NCBI RefSeq assembly: GCF_009914755.1
Contig: NC_060942.1
DNA from: the human T2T-CHM13v2.0 reference genome, Homo sapiens
DNA length: 64,000 nt
Reading direction: 5' to 3' (one strand)
Part shown: one piece after another, positions 57,530-64,000 of the stretch
How positions within the stretch are numbered: the first letter of the stretch is position 1
Layout of the letters: each line of letters begins with the position of its first letter
The notes under the pieces: generated by a model
What the model was told of the DNA's origin: nothing
The model's input: only the letters and a program-made list of their open reading frames with translations
Databases searched by the model: none
Program-made: the position numbers and the translations under genes

Positions 57530-59025
57530 ATAATAATTTTCAAGAAATCCTGAATAGCCAAAACAGTACCTAAAAAGAAGAAAAATATGGAGAACTCATA
57601 TTTCCTGATTTCAACACTGTAAAGCTACAGTAATCAAAACATTGTGGTACTGGCATAAAGACAGAATACAGGCCAATGGAACAGAATAGACAGTTCAGAA
57701 ATAAATCTTTACATTAATGGTCAAATGATTTTTGACAAGGGTGCCAAGACCATTCAGTGAAAACTGGACTGTCTTTTAAACAAATGCTTCTGGGAAAAAT
57801 GGATTTCCACAAACAAGAAAATGAAAGTGTACCCTCACCTAATGCTACATATAAAAATTAATTCAAAATGGATCAAAGATGTAAATGTAAGATCTAAAAT
57901 TATAAACCCTTAACGATAAAACAAAAGCTTCGAAACACTTAATTTGGCAACTATTTTTTTGATTAACACAAAAGGCACAGGCAACAAAAAATAATTTTAT
58001 CAATTTTTAAAAAACTGTGTGTCAAAAGACAGTAACAGCAGAGAAAAAAATGGCCACACACAAAACAGGAGAAAAGATTTACAAATCATATATTTGATAA
58101 GGGATTAATATCCAAAATGAATAGAGAACTCCTAAAATTCAACAGCTAAAAACCAGAAGACCTAATTTAAAAGTATGCAAAGGACTTAGATAGACATTTC
58201 TCCAAGGAAGATATACGCATGGCCAAAAGGCACATGAAAAGATGGTCAACATCACTAATCAGTAGGGAAATGAAAATCAAAATTAGAGTGAGATACCATC
58301 TCACACCTATTGGGATGGCTACTATAAAATAACATAAAATAACAAGTGTTGGTGAGGATGTAGAGAAACTGGAACACTTGTACACTGTTGGTGGGAATGT
58401 AAAATGTTACAGCCACTATAAAAAGTAGTATGGTAGTTCCTCAAAATATTAAAAATAGAATTCCTTTATGATCCAGCAAGTCAACCTCTGGGCATATACT
58501 CAAAAGAATTGAAAGCAGAGTCTTGAAGTGATATTTGTACACCAGTGTTCACAGCAGAATTATTCACAATAGCTAAAATGTGGAAGCGAACCAAGCGTCC
58601 ATCGATGGAGGAATGGATAAACAAACTGTGGGATAGACATATGATGGAATATTATTCAGCCTTAAAAAGAAATAAAATTCTGACAACATGAATGGACCTT
58701 GAGGATATTACACTAAGTGAAATAAGCCAGTCACAAACAAGACAAATGCTGTATGATTCCATTAATGTGATGTACTTAGCGTATTCAAAATCACAGAGAC
58801 AGAAAGTAGAATGGTGGAGTCCAGGGGCTGGGAAGATGTGGGAAATGGAAAGTTACTGTTTAATGGGTACAGAGTTTCAGTTTTGCAAGATGAAAAAAGC
58901 CCTGGAGATGGACGGTGGTGATGGTTGCATGACAATATGAATGTACTCAACGCCATTGAACTGTAAATGGTAAAAACGTTTAAGATAGTAAATTATATGT
59001 TACGTACATTTTACCATAATGAAAA
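57530..59025 (+). mobile_element. L1MB 3' portion (ORF2 end plus 3' UTR)
   Basis: gtggtactggcataaagacaga; MDLEDITLSEISQSQ; gggtacagagtttcagttttgcaagatgaaaaaagccctggagatggacggtggtgatgg. Confidence 0.9.
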
Positions 59026-59741
59026 ACACTGGATGAAAATGTTCAAAAATAACAATTTCAGGACTCTGAAAAATCAAACAAAGACATACAAGCAACTGAA
59101 AGGCATTTAATCAAGAGAAAATACTGAACTTTGGCTAAGAACAGCAGGAGTCTCTGACAAGCCATTAAAAACAGCAGTTTCACTGCTGGAGGGCCAACTT
59201 GACTTGGAGAGGAGCAAGGAAAACCCCAATCCCCTTGGCATTACTGGAAGCAATGTCGATGGCAAACAAACCAGAAAAGCCAACATCACAGCTAACCTGC
59301 GTTTGCAACTCTAGTTGGAGCAAGCAACAGACTTGGCATACTGACCTAAGATTTACAGGGAGATCCAGTAAATGAAATGGCCATAGTGGCCTTGATAAGC
59401 TCCCCAATATTCCTTGTGGAGATAAAAAATGTAAATGTAAGCCTGGAAATATGCACACATGGGCAAGGCTGCATGCACACAGGGAAAACAAGGAAGGGCC
59501 CGGGCTATCCACACATCCCTGATTGCATGTGAGTGCTCGCACATACACAGGGGAGACACAGGAAATAAAAAGCTGGGGCAGAATATCACCAAACTTGATG
59601 TTACCCAACCTACACAGGGATCCCTGGGAAAAGGTGGAAGCCACATTGGCTCAAGGTGTTTAAACATACACTGTAATAATTCACAGGATAACTAAGCTGT
59701 CCTAACACAGTGAGTGGTAACTTCCAGGAAACCAGACTTAA

Positions 59742-60690
<949 letters not shown>

Positions 60691-60861
60691 TTTTTAAAGA
60701 TGCACAATCATCAATATGTATACACTGCAGGGGATACAGACTTCATAGAATTAGTTCAGACAAGAAATGAAACAAACAGTAATGGCAATAAAACATGGGA
60801 GGGAGTGCCCAGAATTGAGATGCTGCCATATATTATTTAAAATGTGTAGTTTAAAAAAAAA

Positions 60862-61310
60862 TCCAACTCCTGGATTTGTTGATCTTTTGAATGGTTTTTC
60901 GTGTCTCAATCCCCCTCAGTTCACCTCTGATTTTGGTTACTTCATGTCTTCTGCTAGCTTTGGGATTTGTTTGCTCTTGGTTTTCTAGTTATTTTTGTTG
61001 TGATGTTAGGTTGTTAACTTGATGTCTTTCTAACTTTTTGATGTGGGCATTTAGGGCTATACATTTCCCTCTTAACACTGCCTTAGCTGTGTCCCAGTGA
61101 TTCTGGTATGTTGTATCTTTGTTCTCATTCATTTCGAAGAACTTCTTGATCTCTGCCTTAATTTCATTATTTACCCAAAAGTCATACAGGAGCAAGTTAT
61201 TCAATTTCCATGTAATTGTATGGTTTTGAGTGAATTTCTTAGTCTTGATTTCTCATTTGATTGTGCTGTGGTTCAAGAGATTGATTGTTATGATTTCATT
61301 TCTTTTGCAT
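60862..61310 (-). mobile_element. Isolated internal L1PA ORF2 fragment, antisense
   Basis: Minus [49 protein letters not shown] matches ORF2p after the endonuclease domain. Confidence 0.9.
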
Positions 61311-63864
61311 AAGCAAAACCCTCCATGGATCAAGGAAGAGATCATAAGGAATTAATCTTCCTTGTGAATATTAACAATAATATTCCTTGTGAACAGCCTT
61401 TATTTCAACCTGAATGAAAATAAATGCATAGTGTATCAAATCTTGTAGGATGTAGGTAAAGCAACGCTAAGAGAAAATTTACAGTTTTACACAGCAATAT
61501 TAGAAAAGAAGAATCTGAAAACAGTACCCTAAGCTTCTACCTTAAAAAACTGGAAGCAGAAGCGCAAACTAAACCCAAAGCCAACAGATTTTATTATGAA
61601 AAGTTTCAGAAGAGGCAAATTTATTGTGACAGAAAGCAGATTACTGGTTGCCTAGGGCTTGGGGTGGGGAGGAAGACTGACTGTAAACAGGCTAAAGGAA
61701 TCCTTTTGAAGTGATAGAAAATGTTCTAAAACTAAATTAGAATGATGATTATGTAACCCTATAAACGTACATAAAATCATTGAATTACACAACTAAAATG
61801 AATGAATTTAACTGTATGCAATTTATACCTCAATAAAACTATTAAAATATAATGACCCAATTGGCAGTGGAAAATATGCATATGGATATGTGTATGTACC
61901 ACAAATTAAAGAAATTCAATATTCTTAAATTGAGCTATTCCGTGTTAAGCACAGGCATGAATTTGAAAACGAGAAACTTATTTAATCCTGTTCCTTAAAA
62001 TTGTGTAGGCAATAAAATATCCTCTTCTAATTTTACTCACTAAAAATAAAATACTTAAATATAGTATTTGGCTATTGACAACTTTTGAAATTAAAAGTTC
62101 TATTTAATAACTAAATGTTATTTGTCCCTAAGGTATTAAGTCAAAAGCTGGCTCTGTAAATAGCTTGGCAATTACTCATAAGTTTTTTAAATGTTATCAG
62201 CGTAAACTTGTCTTGTCTCACCTCTTTAGCAAGATACACTGATTTCAAGTGGAATTATATTAATGTTGAAGTAAGTAACAGTAATTTTGGTGAATGATTT
62301 ATAGACATACTGTATACGTACTGTCAAAACGACCGAGATATACTTTCAACTGATACAGTCAGGGGCAACATTCTGCAATAAAACTGATATAAATCTGAAT
62401 TCCATTGGTCAAAATTTCAATATAAAATGGATTTACACAATCCTGAAACCCTGAAAAGAATTCATCTGGGTCCTAAATACTGAATAATCTTTTAAAAATG
62501 TTTTTAGGTGTAAATAAATCTATGTTAAATCAAACCATTTGGAATTGGAAATTTTGAACCATATTAAGGGAAGTTGGGGAATTGAATTTTTCTTGGAAAA
62601 TTAGGGTTCTGAGAAAAAATAATTTAGATTCTTTCAATTTAAAAGCCCATTCATTTCTAAATCTGATGGAAAAGATAAGAACTAAAAAGAGCATGTCATG
62701 CACTGTCAATACAAGAATTATTTCTTGTAGGGAGTGAAAAATCTTAGACACTATCATGATCTGTGGCCTTCCTAGGGCCAGAGTACATAAACCAAATACA
62801 GTATACCTGTGATATTAAAGTGTCATTGGGGAATATTCAGAAAAAAAAAAGTCTGAAAAGAATCCTTAGTGGGGAGATAATTTAAAAAAACGCTGAGAAA
62901 CACTGGTATAGAAGACACTTCTACAGATAAATCAATTTATTTGGCTCTACCTCCCAATGTCCATGGAAAAAAAAAAATCTCACTATAGGTAAGAGCCTGT
63001 GGGTTACCTTTACAAAACTGAACTCTTTCTACTTGATAATGTGAAATGACATTAAGAATGCAAGAAACATTTCTAGAGCATATCTAGAGGCTGTATCCAA
63101 AAAATCAAGATTGTTTCTCATCTTTAAGCCATAAATCAAATGAACACAATAATTACATATAGGCAAATTACAAAGTTATCTCACAGAAAAATTGATCTTT
63201 TGATTTTTACTTTCATAATATGTAAATTCCATGTAAAAATCCAGTATACGGCTCTGTCAATGGCAAAAAAAAAAAAAAAAAAAAAAAAATCTTGTACTTT
63301 TCTTATCCTGCAGCTGCTGAATAAAAACAGTGAAAACTGTGCTAATTTAGTACACTGGCATTTTCTTTGCTGACCTAAATTATAAAGGACTGACTTCAAG
63401 ACCATCAAGGAAACTAATTTTAAACACTAATTACATCTAGTATGTAATATAGTTATTCAAAAGTAGCAACATAGATGCATTAAAAGAACTTGCGTAGTAT
63501 AACTTCAGAACAGTTAGTGCACATATCGTTTTCAGAATTATTTGAAAAATAAACTAGCCAATGTCAAATCTTAGTTTGATTTGATTCATTACTTTTAGGG
63601 TTCAAAGATGTATCCATTATGATCCCTTTCCTAATTTTATCCTGAGTTGCTTTCACTCCATCTTACCAAGTAAGTTTTCTTTACAATAAAAAAATTGCAA
63701 AACTTCCTAGCTGAATTCAATGTATCTATTTCTTCCAGTATAAAGAATCAAGTTACTCCTTAAAAATTAGCAGTTCTACCAATATTATTCCAAAAAAAAT
63801 TATATGTAGGAATAGAGGGCACATTCAGAAATAGTAAAGCAGCTTCTTCAAGAAACTTAACACT

Positions 63865-64000
63865 TGGGGAGGCCGAGGCGGTTGGATCATGAGGTCAGGA
63901 GATCGAGACCATCTTGGCTAACATGGTGAAACCCCATTTCTACTAAAAATACAAAACATTAGCTGGGCGTCGTGGCAGGCACCTGCAGTCCCAGCTACTT
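63865..64000 (+). mobile_element. AluY/Sc-like, 5'-truncated, runs off the window
   Basis: ggggaggccgaggcggttggatcatgaggtcaggagatcgagacc. Confidence 0.9.

Overview
Human genomic DNA; a human-specific AluYb8 at 51833-52129 fixes the species. The window is AT-rich and repeat-dense (Alu, L1, L2, MIR, ERV1 and MaLR solo LTRs, Tigger MITEs, microsatellites). It has no complete protein-coding gene, RNA gene or CpG island, and nearly all long ORFs in the track are Alu, L1 or microsatellite artefacts. Repeat orientation (11 of 13 L1 pieces and all 3 ERV1 solo LTRs on +) and the splice signals in unique sequence suggest it lies within very long intron(s) of a minus-strand gene, which I cannot name from sequence. 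The best signals are minus-strand splicing elements: a candidate alternative first exon ending GCC-ATG-AAA-TAC-TGG-TC|GTGAGT (48731-48718) that overlaps a candidate antisense spliced transcript; a 6-nt microexon CACATC with a UGC-containing acceptor (42008-42003); further candidate phase-2 first exons at about 14.5, 12.8 and 5.15 kb; and a recursive-splice-type CAG|GTAAGT junction at 4607/4606. All are sequence-based predictions. Subfamily calls and boundaries of old repeats are by eye and approximate.
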